DNA of 64,000 bases from Octopus vulgaris. Taxonomy: Eukaryota. The stretch is from positions 206,150,001 to 206,214,000 of the forward strand of contig OX597814.1 in the NCBI GenBank assembly GCA_951406725.2, read 5' to 3'. Under the pieces are notes generated by a model, which was given only the letters and a program-made list of their open reading frames with translations, did no database searches and was not told the DNA's origin. Shown piece after piece: positions 42,347 through 57,529 of the stretch. Position 1 is the first letter of the stretch, and each line of letters opens with the position of its first letter. The translations under genes and the position numbers were made by a program.

Positions 42347-44580
42347 ATAGGCCAAACATTGTATGGATAGACTTCAGTTGAAAATCATGCCTCCTCTTTG
42401 ATATGATTGTCTCAATCGACATAAACGTATCTGTCAAGACCTACCAACAACTCAGCAAGTATAAGGATCTTGAAACAGAAACTGGCAAAATGTGGAACCT
42501 CAAGATATTATCACAAACGACACATGAACTTGTCGAAAGCCTAGGTAGATTATAAAAATGCTTTTGATATTCTACAACATAGATGGATTAAGAAATGACT
42601 GGAAATGTATAAAATAGCACCGACTCTGCAAAACCTCTTGTCTGTAAGTATGAGATCATAGAGAATAACACTGACTTTGAACAGTGACAATGAATTTCTC
42701 AATGCTGGAGTTGTAAGAATTTCATGTGGCATTTTCCAGGGTTACTCACTATCACCACTCCTCTTGTGTCTAGCCTTAATACCTCTCTCTAAATTGCTCA
42801 ATGATGTACAATATGGATATAAAATGTTTGATAAAAATATAAATCATCTCTTTTACATGGTTGATTTAAAGTTCTTTTGAAAAACTTACTAACAACTACA
42901 AGGTTTACTAGCAATTGTTAAACAATTCAGTGATGACGTCAGGATTCAATTTGGCTTCGATAGATGTGCAAAAGCTACTTTTATGAAAGGCAAAATGACA
43001 GAAACATCCAACGTTAATCTTCACCAGCAGAATATCATAAAGGAGTTAGAGTCAGCGGAGAGCTAAAAATACTTAGGGATATTTGAAGGTGATGGAATAA
43101 AACATTCAATGATGAGGGAAAGGAACAGAAGAGAATGTTATCGCAGGGTAAAAGCAATACTCAAGACAGAGCTAAATGCAAGAAACAGGATCAAAGCGAT
43201 CAATACTTTAGCCATACCGGTCGGGACTTATAGTTTCAATATCATTAACTGGTCAATCACTGAAATCTGTAATCTTGACAGAAAAATCTGAAAATTGTTG
43301 ACAATGCATAGAATGCACCACACTAAGGAAGATATAGAGCAACTTTAGCTGCCAAGAAAAGAAAGATGCCGTGGACTTTTACAGCTGGAATTAGCAATGA
43401 AAATTGCCACAATTGGCCTCAACACCTACCTGGAAAACTCTGATGACTGGATGTTAAAACTTGTCTTAAAGCATGAAAACAAGAAAGCATCATACTGAGT
43501 AACAAAACAGGCAAAGGATTGTCGAAGTGAATTCCTAGTACAACAAATCCCAGAAACAAGCACAGAAAAAGCTAAGCGTATGAAGACCCGCGCTAAAACT
43601 GCTTTCTTAGATATTCTTACGGATAAATGGCCTCTCAGTGGTAAATACCAAAAGGGAGCTAATAATGCCAATATTGACAAAGCCATTACTCATGAATGGT
43701 TAGTGTCTTCTGGCTTAAAATCAGAAACAGAAGGCTTTATCATAGCAGCCCAAGATCAATGTCTACCTGAAAGGAACTACCAGGCCAACATATTAAAGAA
43801 TAGAAGTAGCCCAACATGTCGTGTATGTAAACAACAAAATGAAACCATTGATCTATGTCCAGTCTTCTTGCGCCTACAGAGTATCTCAACAGGCATAATA
43901 GAGCAGCACAGTATATTCACTGGGTAATTTTCAAAACCTGGACCTGCCCCATGATAAAAACTGATGGGAACACAAACCACCTCCAACACTTGAAAATGAC
44001 CACATCTCACTCCTCAGGAAAGTCACCGTTCAAACTGACAGAAAGATAGATGCGAATAGGCCAGACATCATATTGAAAGACGTCAGACAAAAAATCATGT
44101 TCGGCAATAAACTCACGCGTAGTCACAGTAGTTCGGTATGGCGCTGGAATCATGTTCCAATCGACATATAGGTATGTCATGGCTTACCAGCAACTCAGCA
44201 GGTATAAAGATCTTGAAACAGAAATTGGCAAAATGTGGAACCTCAAGACTAAAACAATACCTGTTGACATAGGTGTCCTAGAAATGATAGCATAATGGGC
44301 TGATTCCTACATAGCTCTGATATCAGGAAACCCCAAAATAGCAGAAATTCAAATAATAGTGCCCATGGGAACAGCCCATATCCTACATAAGGTACTGTCT
44401 ATGTAATCTCAAATTTTAAACAAACTCATAATTTTCTTATGTTTTCTTAAACATTCTCTAGAACAATACTTTGTGCAAAACCAAATATGTGACACCCTAA
44501 GCATAATACTTCAAACTTGTTGTCTCTTGAAATCTCTGGATGAGACTTGGAGTCAACTTGTACAAAGACAAAGCAAAAAT
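42347..44580 (+). mobile_element. Decayed R4/Dong-like LINE, same family as 57528-60831 (extra REL fragment at 42347-42505)
   Basis: CGIFQGYSLSPLL, YMVDLK, ECYRRV and GFIIAAQDQ, with many stops and indels. 3' UTR is homologous to 60610-60831. Confidence 0.88.
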
Positions 44581-44939
44581 ATCTATAAACATCTCAAAGT
44601 TTTAGTAATCATAGAAAGTAATAGAAAAGGCGTACAGATTTTGGGGGAGAGCTGTTAAATTGCCATCCTGTCGTATTTCGTAAATTTATATATCTTAGTT
44701 ATGCTAGGTCCTCCCCAAAATTTAGATTTCTATACATAAATTCGTCCCCACGCTAGAATTTTGGCTAGCTTAGCTGCCTGCTGCCCCTTCGTCTCCTCTC
44801 TCTCGCCTTTACCTTTCCACAGATCATAACCCAACTTTGTTTTCTGTAGTATTTCACTCAAAGGAATATCAGTGGGGGGACACTGTTCTTCTGGAAGATT
44901 CTTCTCCTGATTTTCACCTCTTCGATGAAATAAAGATGT

Positions 44940-46320
<1,381 letters not shown>

Positions 46321-46802
46321 AATAATGATAATACCAATAGGGAGCAAACAAATTTGTAGCCTTAATTCCTGGAATCCTAAAGTAAGTGAATCACAAATGA
46401 CCATACACATAGTGACCTCATATATATTACGTAAATTCCTCTCGATGTTATTGCAGTAATATTCATTCGGCTGTATTATGAAATTTATAAAAGTAAATTT
46501 TAGGTATATTTATTTATAACACACGGACATCAATTTGTTTACAACTGCAAATTCGGCTTTAGGTGAGGTTATATTTTCGCATAATTATGTCAGCAAATAT
46601 TACACGATTTACTAGAAATAATTATGCGATTATCAGAAATAGCAACATCAGTCAACACTTTAATCATTTTAATTACATCAGCAATCATGGGAATGCATCA
46701 ATTAGGAAATTACGAAAACTGGAACTTATATAGGATACAAGATAAAAATTTGGGTTAAATGGATACAAAATATTTCTAAATACAAAAAATTAATAATAAT
46801 CC

Positions 46803-46978
46803 TTTCTACTGGAAGTACAAGGCTTCAAATTAGTACCAGTGCGTAACTGGTACTAATTTTATCATGCCCGAAAGGCAAAGTCAACCTCGGTGGAATGTGA
46901 ACTCAGAACGTAACAGTAAATGAAATAACGCTAAGCATTTTGCCCGGCGTGCTAACGATTCTGCTAGCTCGCCGCCTT
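46803..46978 (-). mobile_element. Deleted SINE copy
   Basis: Same head and core as the 40225 family. Confidence 0.7.
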
Positions 46979-47276
46979 AATAATACAGGTAATTATTAAT
47001 AATAATGATAATAATAATAATAATAATTAGTTAACGATAAGCATCCTTGTCCCAAAACATTCTGATTACTGCTTCATTTCACATTCTGATTCCTGCTTCT
47101 CACATATACCAAAGTCAGTGTCCAATGTAACTTTTCATCTTATAAAAGCTTATGTCGATCCCGGTTCAACTGCGCAGAGTGTTACATTTTATAAATCTAC
47201 TAATCTGAATGTTTCAAGGTAAAATTACCTTTTCGCACTATCCATTGCTTTCACTCTCCGCTTCATTAGCACCCTG

Positions 47277-47339
<63 letters not shown>

Positions 47340-47494
47340 TTGAAACAAAATCACCTTTTATCAATTAAAAATGAACAGTTAAATTACACCAACTCGAAAA
47401 ATACATATAATATATGTAATTTTCTAGATGATGTAATTTAATTGTTAATTTTTTATTTTGAATTGATAAAAGGTGTTTTGTTTTCTAATTTATA

Positions 47495-47530
<36 letters not shown>

Positions 47531-47717
47531 TTTGTGAAATTTGATTTAGTATTTCTAAATTGAGTTTTTCCCTGTAAGTTAGGAATAATATTCCCTCAAA
47601 TTATTGTTATTATTATTATTATTATTATTATTGTTATTATTATTATTATATATACATATAAGTGTATATGTGTATATATATAACATATATATATATGTAT
47701 GTGTGTATGTATGTATG

Positions 47718-47752
<35 letters not shown>

Positions 47753-48104
47753 ATATATATATATGCATGCATGTATGTATATATGTATGTATGTATGTAT
47801 ATAAAGGAATACAAAAAGTGGGACAAGGACGCAAAACATCGAGACAGATGATACGAAAAAGAGACAAGAATAAAAGGACGGGTCATCTCAAGTGACATAC
47901 CAGGCGTAAGAAAATACCATAATTAATAATTAAGAATGCTACAAGTATCACCAGCACGCTAGAAATGGCAGTCAGAAGACAACTATAACCACAAAACAAT
48001 TATTTCGTTATTGGGACGGCGACTCATTACCCCGTTTTCAATTAATATTTGTCAGAGAAATTTTTTGGTTGTAGTCGTATTGCTCTTGGCACTCTTAATT
48101 ATTC

Positions 48105-48678
48105 TTTTCTACTCTAGGCACAAAGACCGAAAGTTGGGGGAGGCGGCCAGTGGATTAGATTGACCCCACCATGCAACTGGTACTTAATTCATAGACCCTG
48201 AAAGAATGAAATGTGAAGTCGACCTCGGAGGAATTTGAACTCAGAACGTAACGCAGACGAAATACCTATTTCTTTACTACCCACAAGGGGCTAAACATAG
48301 AGGAGACAAACAAGGACAGACAGACGGATTAAGTCGATTACATCGACCTCCAGTGCGTAACTGGTACTTATTTAATCGACCCCGAAAGGACGGAAGGCAA
48401 AGTCGACCTCGGCGGAATTTGAACTCAGAACATAACGGCAGAAGAAATACCTATTTCTTTACTACCCACAAGGGGCTAAACACAATGAGAACAAACAAGG
48501 TCAAACGGATTAATTCGATTATATCGACCTCCAGTGCGTAACTGGTACTTATTTAATCGACCCCCGAAAGGATGAAAGGCAAAGTCGACCTCGGCGGAAT
48601 TTGAACTCAGAAACGTAACGGCGGACGAAATACCGCTAAGCATTTCGTCCGGCGTGCTAACGTTTCTGCCAGCTCGCA
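48105..48678 (-). mobile_element. Trimeric tRNA-derived SINE
   Basis: Three ~182-bp units with cores at ~48195, 48378 and 48559. A single head at the right end. Confidence 0.82.
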
Positions 48679-48849
48679 GCCTAAGCACCCTAAATTATTA
48701 ATGTATATGTGCGTGTGCGCGCACCGTTCATTTTTGATATCATTTACCCCTGACATTGAATTTTGTCAACATTTAATCATTTAAACATCGTTCTCTGCTT
48801 CGTAATTTTAAACCCTGTTAAAATCGCTTTTTTTTTCTATACATTTTTC

Positions 48850-49166
48850 TATATTCTATATTTTTTCTATATATTTTTTATGTATTTTTATATAATTTTT
48901 ATGACGAAAAATGCGAGCGATGTATAAGTACGCAGGCAAGCAGAGTTATAACACAGTAATTTCCCTTTGTATAACGGTATTTTTTCATAGCGTTTTCAAA
49001 TAGCCAGATAACCGAAGAGATGGTGTTGTGGATTTCCACTTCGGCATCTGAAACTCAGAGTTTTATCTTGACTATTGAGTAATGTAACATATTATTGTAT
49101 AGATAAATTTCCTCTATTTACATAATATTGAGGTTTCTTTCTTTCTTTTGTTATCTTACCGTTTTA

Positions 49167-49170
<4 letters not shown>
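48850..49170 (+). mobile_element. Penelope-like 3' end with hammerhead at 49007-49067 (U4C)
   Basis: Near-identical inverted match to 34025-34270. gauaa-CCGAAGA-gaug..cauc(u)-GAAA-cucagaGUU-uuauc. Confidence 0.75.
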
Positions 49171-49222
<52 letters not shown>

Positions 49223-49227
49223 TATAT

Positions 49228-49380
49228 TCGACGGGCTTCTTTCTGTTTCCGTCTACCAAATCCACTCAGAAGACTTTGGTCGGCCCGAGGCTATAGTAGA
49301 AGATACTTGCCCATGGTGCCACGAAGTGGGACTGAATCTGGAACCATGTTGTTGGGAAGCAAGCTTCTTAACACACAGCC
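49228..49380 (-). mobile_element. SINE 5' half
   Basis: Reverse-complement homolog of 23969-24131. Confidence 0.7.
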
Positions 49381-49395
49381 AGACACACACAGCCA

Positions 49396-49444
<49 letters not shown>

Positions 49445-49765
49445 TCACACGCACACACATACTTACATATATGATAGTAGCCGACTCGATTTCAAGTAGA
49501 GCCATATCTTGACTTAATTATGTCCTAGAATATCATCAATGAGCGGCACGAATGTGATCTTTGAGGCCTGCCAAAGACTTGCATGCTTTTTAACAATTAG
49601 CGCAAGAAAACTTGGTAATTGTATAGTTTACAGCTCCATGAACTTTACTGTGCCTCTTCAAGCCACTTTTCAATCTGCATACTTTATGACAGAGGATGCA
49701 TTCGAAATCTTTTGTCCATCTATAATCAATGCGCGGTTGTGCCATGTGGGATTTCATGTGGCTCT

Positions 49766-50460
49766 TTAACCCAGCCTTACTAAGGCAAATCTTTCCACAT
49801 TCATCCCATGTATGATGACCACGTTCATCAATGTTTGTTGAATATCATTCCTGTCACTTTGTTTCATCTTTCTTTTGATCTTGCCATGCTCCATTCTCTT
49901 TCTTTCAAATTCATTTTTGCCTTCATACGAAATTTTTTTCCATTTTTCTTGGCAATGCGCTAAATCTTCACAGTTGTCAATTGGAACGTTTATCTTATTC
50001 AATCCTGACTTCAGACAATCTCTGTACCACGTCTTTGGTTTGTGGGACGGACGCTTACCTGTCACCAATTCTCCGTAAAAAAGCTGTTTAGGCATTCTGT
50101 TGGTTGTCATTCTCACTAAGTGTCCATTCCATCTCAATCTGTACTGCAATAGCAAAGCTTCAATACCGAAGCATTTCCCTCTTGCAAGCCTCTTCATCGT
50201 CACTCACAAACATTTTCCAGATGATCCTCAAAATCCTTCTCAGACATTGTTGATGAAAACGTTCCATAAGTTTTAAGTGCTTACGATACACAGTCCAGGT
50301 TTCGCAAGCATTCAACAAAGAGGTTAAGATACATGTATTGTATACCTTAATCTTTGTCGCATGTCTAGACCATAGGCGGTCTTCTAATTTGCCGAAAGCA
50401 AAACTGAGTTTCTGAATGCGTAGTGACACTTCATCATCAAGATTCGCTGATGTGTTTAAT
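49766..50460 (-). mobile_element. RTE-clade LINE relic (RT C-terminus)
   Basis: TKIKVYNTCILTSLLNACETWT...FHQQCLRRIL and LRWNGHLVRM...MPKQLFYGEL..GKR. Confidence 0.88.
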
Positions 50461-50804
50461 GTATATCATAATGTTTTACCCCATTCGTGACAGAGATAGG
50501 CTCCGACATAAATACACGTTATGTTATTTTTGCATTATTTCAAATGGAATACCCACAAATCTTATTGATTGAAATCCCAATAACTGAACTATTATTAATT
50601 TATATTATTATATATTTTGTATATTTCTATATAAATATATATATATAAATATATTATAATCATGACGCCACTGCACGATATGGTGATGTTGAATACACGG
50701 TATATATTCTCCAGATTAAAATGCATATAATGTTAAAGGGTGTGTACCTGGTCGATTTGGAAATTCGTTTTCCCACTTTATTCAAATATATACTTACACA
50801 CACA

Positions 50805-50889
<85 letters not shown>

Positions 50890-50945
50890 ATATATATCGT
50901 TAGCCACTGCACACATTTTTTTCTCTCCTTGTTTTTTCTATGTCC

Positions 50946-50981
50946 CTTCCTGTAGAAGAGCGTAGGCTCGAAACGTACAAA
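50946..50981 (+). ncRNA. Minimal hammerhead-like motif with variant core
   Basis: CUGUAGA-a-gagc guag gcuc-GAAA-cGUA. Confidence 0.5.
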
Positions 50982-51169
50982 TCTTTTTCTATTCCTGACC
51001 GTTATACTAATACATGTGTTTGCTTTGTACACCACCTGTCCGGACATTAATATTTATATTTAATACTAAAAAAAAAAGCAAAAAGTTTACTTTCAGGTTT
51101 ATAATGAATATTTTCTGTTTGAAATATCTATGGAATAATGAACCTAAAACGAATCTTCATTATCTTATG

Positions 51170-51191
51170 TTCTTTTCTGTTATTATTACAG
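51170..51191 (+). promoter_or_regulatory. Splice acceptor of a 5'-UTR intron
   Basis: ttcttttctgttattattacAG ends 10 nt before ATG 51202. Confidence 0.7.
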
Positions 51192-51201
51192 ATAATTAAA
51201 T

Positions 51202-53409
51202 ATGGCTGCCATGCAGACGACAACAACAGCAACCAGTTCTCTTATTGTTTCAATCATTCTTATTATCACACTGACATCACTAAACATCGAAGCGAAGGAA
51301 CTCGACAATGATTGCCAAATTAAAATCCCTCCCAATGTCAGTGAGATTTTATCTCGTTTAGTAAAATTGGAAAAAAATGTTTTCAATTTTGAATTCCATT
51401 TATCAAACAAGACACTTGATGACCTTCTTAATCCTGTACCATTGGATTATTTTGCAAACGCGAGACACTTTACCTGGATCCCAGATGAACCAGACGGTTT
51501 AATAGCATATAAAAATTTCTACTATGATTTTTCAATTTACTCTTTGAATTTGTTAGATGTCTATATTGCTTATCCAAGAATTAATATCGATATAAAATGT
51601 AGAAAACAAAATATTCACAGACGCGATATAATATATTTGATTTTCAAGGAATTGAAGAAACTCGTATTTATCGATAAATTGCAAATGGGAGAATCTGGAT
51701 ACATGTGTTTTTTTGTAAATTTGTCTCAAGACATGAAGAAGAACAGCCCTCACGCATATGAAGCTTGCAGAAGAATTGGTATAAATCGGGAGATAGTGAA
51801 GAACTATTGCTGTAAACTCTATAAAAACGAAAGTAATCTTTATCACCCCAAATCTATTTGTTTAGGAAATAATATTGAAAATAGTATGTTTATCAATTAT
51901 GAAAATATTGTTGGAACAGTTTTGTGGATATTTTTCCCATTGCTTATTAGTTTTGTTTCAAAAGCCAAATTACCTTCATATTACTATCGAAACACAATGC
52001 CATACGAATCAGAATGGATCAATGGAAAACATAGTATTTACAGTTTCTCTCATTTTCTGTCTTGCTTATTTTGTTTCCATTATTCTTCTTTCTTTGCCTC
52101 AAGACTAAGAAGATTCTTTTGCATTATGTTTTTTCCTTTAGTAATTCTCCTGGATCTTTTGATGTATTACTTCTTTTTATATGAAACAACAAAAATATTT
52201 ATACAAGACCGCATACCATTAGGTTTTCGCGCCCTAATATTAGGAATTCCAGAAAGTTATGAAAATACAGGTGGCTTCCTCGGGGGTCCCTTTTTGTGGT
52301 TCATCGGCTATATATTTTTTAGTTTTATTCTCTTCGTTCTTCCCAGTCGTTTAAGTGAGACTATCGCTTATAATACATTACATCAAAGATCCACTTGCAC
52401 GTTTCTCATTCAAAATAAGAGATTATTAGAGAAGTATGGCAGCTTAAATATTTCTACAGAACAGGATTATGATCTACTCTATGCAATAATGAAAGCTAAT
52501 ATTTCTACTGCTTTAAACCCAAATTTCTGGCATTTAATAGTTTATACTTGGATTAACCGTATCAAGAAAATTTGGTTATATTACTACAACAGAAATATTT
52601 TCTGGAAATTCCTATTGCTTTGGTTTTTTATTGCGATCACAATTTTATTTGCTATATTTTCTGTCTGTGAATTATTTATGTGCCTCGTTTATTACGGAAT
52701 CCCAATTGTTTACTGGATTTTAACTTTACCATTAAGTTATTCCAAAGTTTATATCTTCCCACTCTATCTGAGTCCCAATTATATTTTCAAGATAGTTGCT
52801 GTACCTTTAACATTTCTATCGTTGCCATTTTATATATCATGGGCGATTTGTTCAATCTACGTATTTCTTGTAAGTTTTCAAATCTTAAGCAACTACATAT
52901 TCACCATAGCTACTGTAGTACTTGCTAAACCCGATTGTGTAGGTTACATATGGTTTCTTGCCATGTTTTTCGTTTATGGCATTGCAATTGTGAACGCCTT
53001 TCTAAAGCAGTATCAGTCAATAATATTTCAGTCTATAAAATTCACTAAAATGTTCCGTCCAAATTTAGTCCAGGAAAAATACGGAGAGGAATTCATAAAT
53101 GCTAAATTGCTCAAGACAATTGTTAACCATCATTTTCCTTTGAGATACGAGATTGGTAAATCCATTGTGAAACTGTTTCTAATCGTATCTTTCTTCTTTG
53201 CTTGCAACAATATAATAAATCGAAATGATCTCGACTTATCAGTTTTCACAAAGATTACTTTGATATTGATGACTTCTATGATACCTAAATTATTGTCAAT
53301 AATTAATATTAAATTTGATTTTGCCATTTCTCTCTCAGACAAACTTATTGATACAATTAATATATTCGAAGAAGAGAATGCGCCACAGACCAGTGTGTTA
53401 ATTTACTAA
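51202..53409 (+). CDS. Uncharacterised multi-pass membrane protein, paralog B (735 aa, single coding exon)
   Basis: Intact 2208-nt ORF in AT-rich DNA. Signal peptide (~1-31), ~200-aa ectodomain with 6 Cys shared with paralog A, ~9-11 hydrophobic segments, AATAAA at ~53422. Confidence 0.92.
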   Translation: MAAMQTTTTATSSLIVSIILIITLTSLNIEAKELDNDCQIKIPPNVSEILSRLVKLEKNVFNFEFHLSNKTLDDLLNPVPLDYFANARHFTWIPDEPDGLIAYKNFYYDFSIYSLNLLDVYIAYPRINIDIKCRKQNIHRRDIIYLIFKELKKLVFIDKLQMGESGYMCFFVNLSQDMKKNSPHAYEACRRIGINREIVKNYCCKLYKNESNLYHPKSICLGNNIENSMFINYENIVGTVLWIFFPLLISFVSKAKLPSYYYRNTMPYESEWINGKHSIYSFSHFLSCLFCFHYSSFFASRLRRFFCIMFFPLVILLDLLMYYFFLYETTKIFIQDRIPLGFRALILGIPESYENTGGFLGGPFLWFIGYIFFSFILFVLPSRLSETIAYNTLHQRSTCTFLIQNKRLLEKYGSLNISTEQDYDLLYAIMKANISTALNPNFWHLIVYTWINRIKKIWLYYYNRNIFWKFLLLWFFIAITILFAIFSVCELFMCLVYYGIPIVYWILTLPLSYSKVYIFPLYLSPNYIFKIVAVPLTFLSLPFYISWAICSIYVFLVSFQILSNYIFTIATVVLAKPDCVGYIWFLAMFFVYGIAIVNAFLKQYQSIIFQSIKFTKMFRPNLVQEKYGEEFINAKLLKTIVNHHFPLRYEIGKSIVKLFLIVSFFFACNNIINRNDLDLSVFTKITLILMTSMIPKLLSIINIKFDFAISLSDKLIDTINIFEEENAPQTSVLIY

Positions 53410-53559
53410 TATTTGTGGTAAAATAAAACTGTTTAAACCTTTTGAGTAATTTGTTCGAATTATTTAATCACATTGTATAATTTTAATAATAGTGATCTGC
53501 ACTAGTCTATACGAAAAACGGATATAAATACCTATAAAGAATCACACAGGCTCGTCCAT

Positions 53560-54360
53560 ATCGCTGAATCCCTATTTGCGGATAAATTTGCACCTAATGG
53601 TACACAAGGGAAATCACGTGCAGATCGTGGTCGTTCGCTTTGTAGAAGAATCAAGGCTTTTAGACTGACCAACAACCTTGGGAAAACGGAGGTTCTAGCC
53701 CAAGCAGCCCCGAACACTATTTTATCCTAGCCAAGCATCACCATTGGGGGAGTTCAGCTGAAGTGTGTGGAGAATTACGAGTACCTTGGCAGTTTAATCT
53801 CCCCCGATGGATCACTTGACATAGAAATCTCACCCAAAATCCACAAGGCCAGCCAGGTATTTAGCAGACTGAAACTGAAAGTACTCCAGCAGAAAGGCAT
53901 CAGACTGTCAACAAAGTTTAAGGTCTACGAGGTTGTAGTTGTCTCTAAACTGCTCTTTCGGTGAGAAGCATAGAACCCATGCCGCCGGCACGTCAAACAG
54001 CCAGGACATTTTCGCACAAGGGCACTACGCAGGACCATAGGCATTCGCTGATAGGTCAGGATGGCAAACCACGAAGTGCTGCAAGGAACTCGCTCATGAA
54101 GCTTTGAGTCAATACTACTGAAGGCACAGCGACGCTGCACTGGCCATGTTATCAGATTAATTGCTTCGGTTGAGATTAAATAATATAAATTGTCCTATTG
54201 TAAAAAGAATAAATGTATATGGCGAGCTCACGTACAGTTCACACAAACAAAGAAGGCCTTAACTGAAGTATAAGGACACTCTGAAAAGCAAGCACAAACG
54301 GAGCAGCATTAGTCCATAGACAACATAGCGTGGAATCTCTCACTTCACGAGCAGCAGCTG
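53560..54360 (+). mobile_element. RTE-clade LINE relic
   Basis: VENYEYLGSLISPDGSLDIEI...KASQVFSRL...TKFKVY, with stops. Confidence 0.8.
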
Positions 54361-54453
54361 TCTTCAAGGTATACATATATACATACATACATACACACAC
54401 ACATACATACATACACACACACACATATATATATGCATACATACATACATACA

Positions 54454-54514
<61 letters not shown>

Positions 54515-54519
<5 letters not shown>

Positions 54520-54700
54520 CTTGATCACCTTGACCGACCAGTCCGTCAGGCGTCCATTTGACACTGCTGGTCACAGCACGCTGTCCACTCCTCTCTGGAT
54601 CGCGCCTTTCTCATCCACATGATCCCAATCGTCCTCCTGAAATCGTAACTCCACCGTCGTGGAGGTCTTCCGGGTGGTCTTTTCCGTTCACGCGTGTACC
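54515..54700 (-). mobile_element. RTE-like LINE extreme 3' end with (caaggtgat)n tail
   Basis: Minus frame WYTRERKRPPGRPPRRW...W, then a short tandem tail. Confidence 0.75.
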
Positions 54701-54782
54701 ATACAACAAGCACACACATATTTTATATATATATATATATATATATGCAAATTCGCATATATGTTATTTTGAAATGTATATG

Positions 54783-54838
<56 letters not shown>

Positions 54839-54967
54839 ATATGTGTGTGCGTGTGGAACAAAAAAGTGAGTAGATTTGAAGATATGAACATGAGTGGAAG
54901 TGAGGCCTCCATCGGGTGTTATTTTTGTTCAGGAAGAAAAACCCGACGCGTCGGACAGGTGGAAAGA

Positions 54968-56190
<1,223 letters not shown>

Positions 56191-56221
56191 ATGATGATGA
56201 TGATGATAATCATTTCTGTCG

Positions 56222-57090
56222 AGATATGGGATACACCACCCAAAAAGTGATACAGACAGACTGTATGTACCAAGAAAAAGAGGGAGAAGAGGACTGATTG
56301 GATATAAACACAGCACTAGAGAAAATAAGAAAACAACATAGCATGGTAGGTAAAAAATGCCACAGAACCGCTATTATAAGAAGTAAGAAGGTCAGACTTG
56401 TGTAGGATGGAAGATTGCAAAGATAAATTATTGTACAAGCACTTGAGAATGAATGTAACTGAAAATAGGTGGATAAAGAAAAGAATGAATGAAAAATTTC
56501 ATAGAGATGTTGAAGATAAGACAGACAGAGAAAAACGATGGCTATGGATGACTAAATGTGATTTAAAACCAGAAACGGAGGTCCTAATCTGTGCTGCCTA
56601 AGATCAAGCATTAAGAACCAATTATATCAAATATACAGAATAGACAACACATCAGAAAGTGATAAGTACAGAGTTTGTAGACAAAATGGTGAAACCGTAT
56701 GGCATATTACCAGTCAGTGTACGCCACTAGCCCGGAAAGAATATAAGGGACATCATGACAATGTGGCAAGTATTGTCCATGGAGAGAAATGGAGAGAAAA
56801 ATGACTTCATGTCCAATACCCTGCAAGGCTTGACAGAGAGAAGTAAGCCTAAGTAAAATCCAACAATGGCTCAAAAGCTCTGTACTAAAAGCCGAAACGG
56901 TAGGACTGATTCTCGCTGCAGAAGACCAATGCCTAACTACAAACGATTATAAAACAAAATACTGAAAACAGGCCTCAACCAAATGCTGAATGTGCAATCA
57001 ACACAGATACGGTTGACCACATCATCTCGGACTGCCCAATACTTGCCATGTCTGAATATATATACAGACATGACAAAGTAAACCCACAAA
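56222..57090 (+). mobile_element. R4-like LINE fragments (56222-56780 resembles 41080-41550)
   Basis: NRWIKKRM..FHRD...ETEVLICAA and TVDHIISDCP..RHD. Confidence 0.75.
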
Positions 57091-57445
57091 AGTTACGGGT
57101 ACCTGAACAACAAGAAAGAGCCCTTCTTTTGTTTACAGGTCCACGCTCAGAATTGGTCCTTTCACACTGGTCATAATTCCACCTTTCACCCACCTTTCAA
57201 CAAATATATCACAAGGCAATACTTCGTTCTCCACCCTCAGTTTCCTTTTCAAGTGAAACTTGAAAAAGTTTATGTGGGCTTGGCTAATATGGGCTTAAAG
57301 TTAATGTGGGATTAGACCTTTCAAACGGATCCACCATACTACCTCTTTAGTTACAGCCACTAGACAAATAAAACTTGCTTTCCTCTCCTGGTCAAGAGAG
57401 GGAGGGGGGTAATCTTCACAATGGATTCAGCTGATAGCCGGATCC

Positions 57446-57527
<82 letters not shown>

Positions 57528-57529
<2 letters not shown>

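Noticed and set aside
51202-53409. Identity as a cephalopod chemotactile (Cys-loop) receptor or a GPCR
   Set aside because: The ectodomain size and vicinal CC are reminiscent, but there is no Cys-loop spacing, far more than four TM segments, and no recognisable GPCR motifs.
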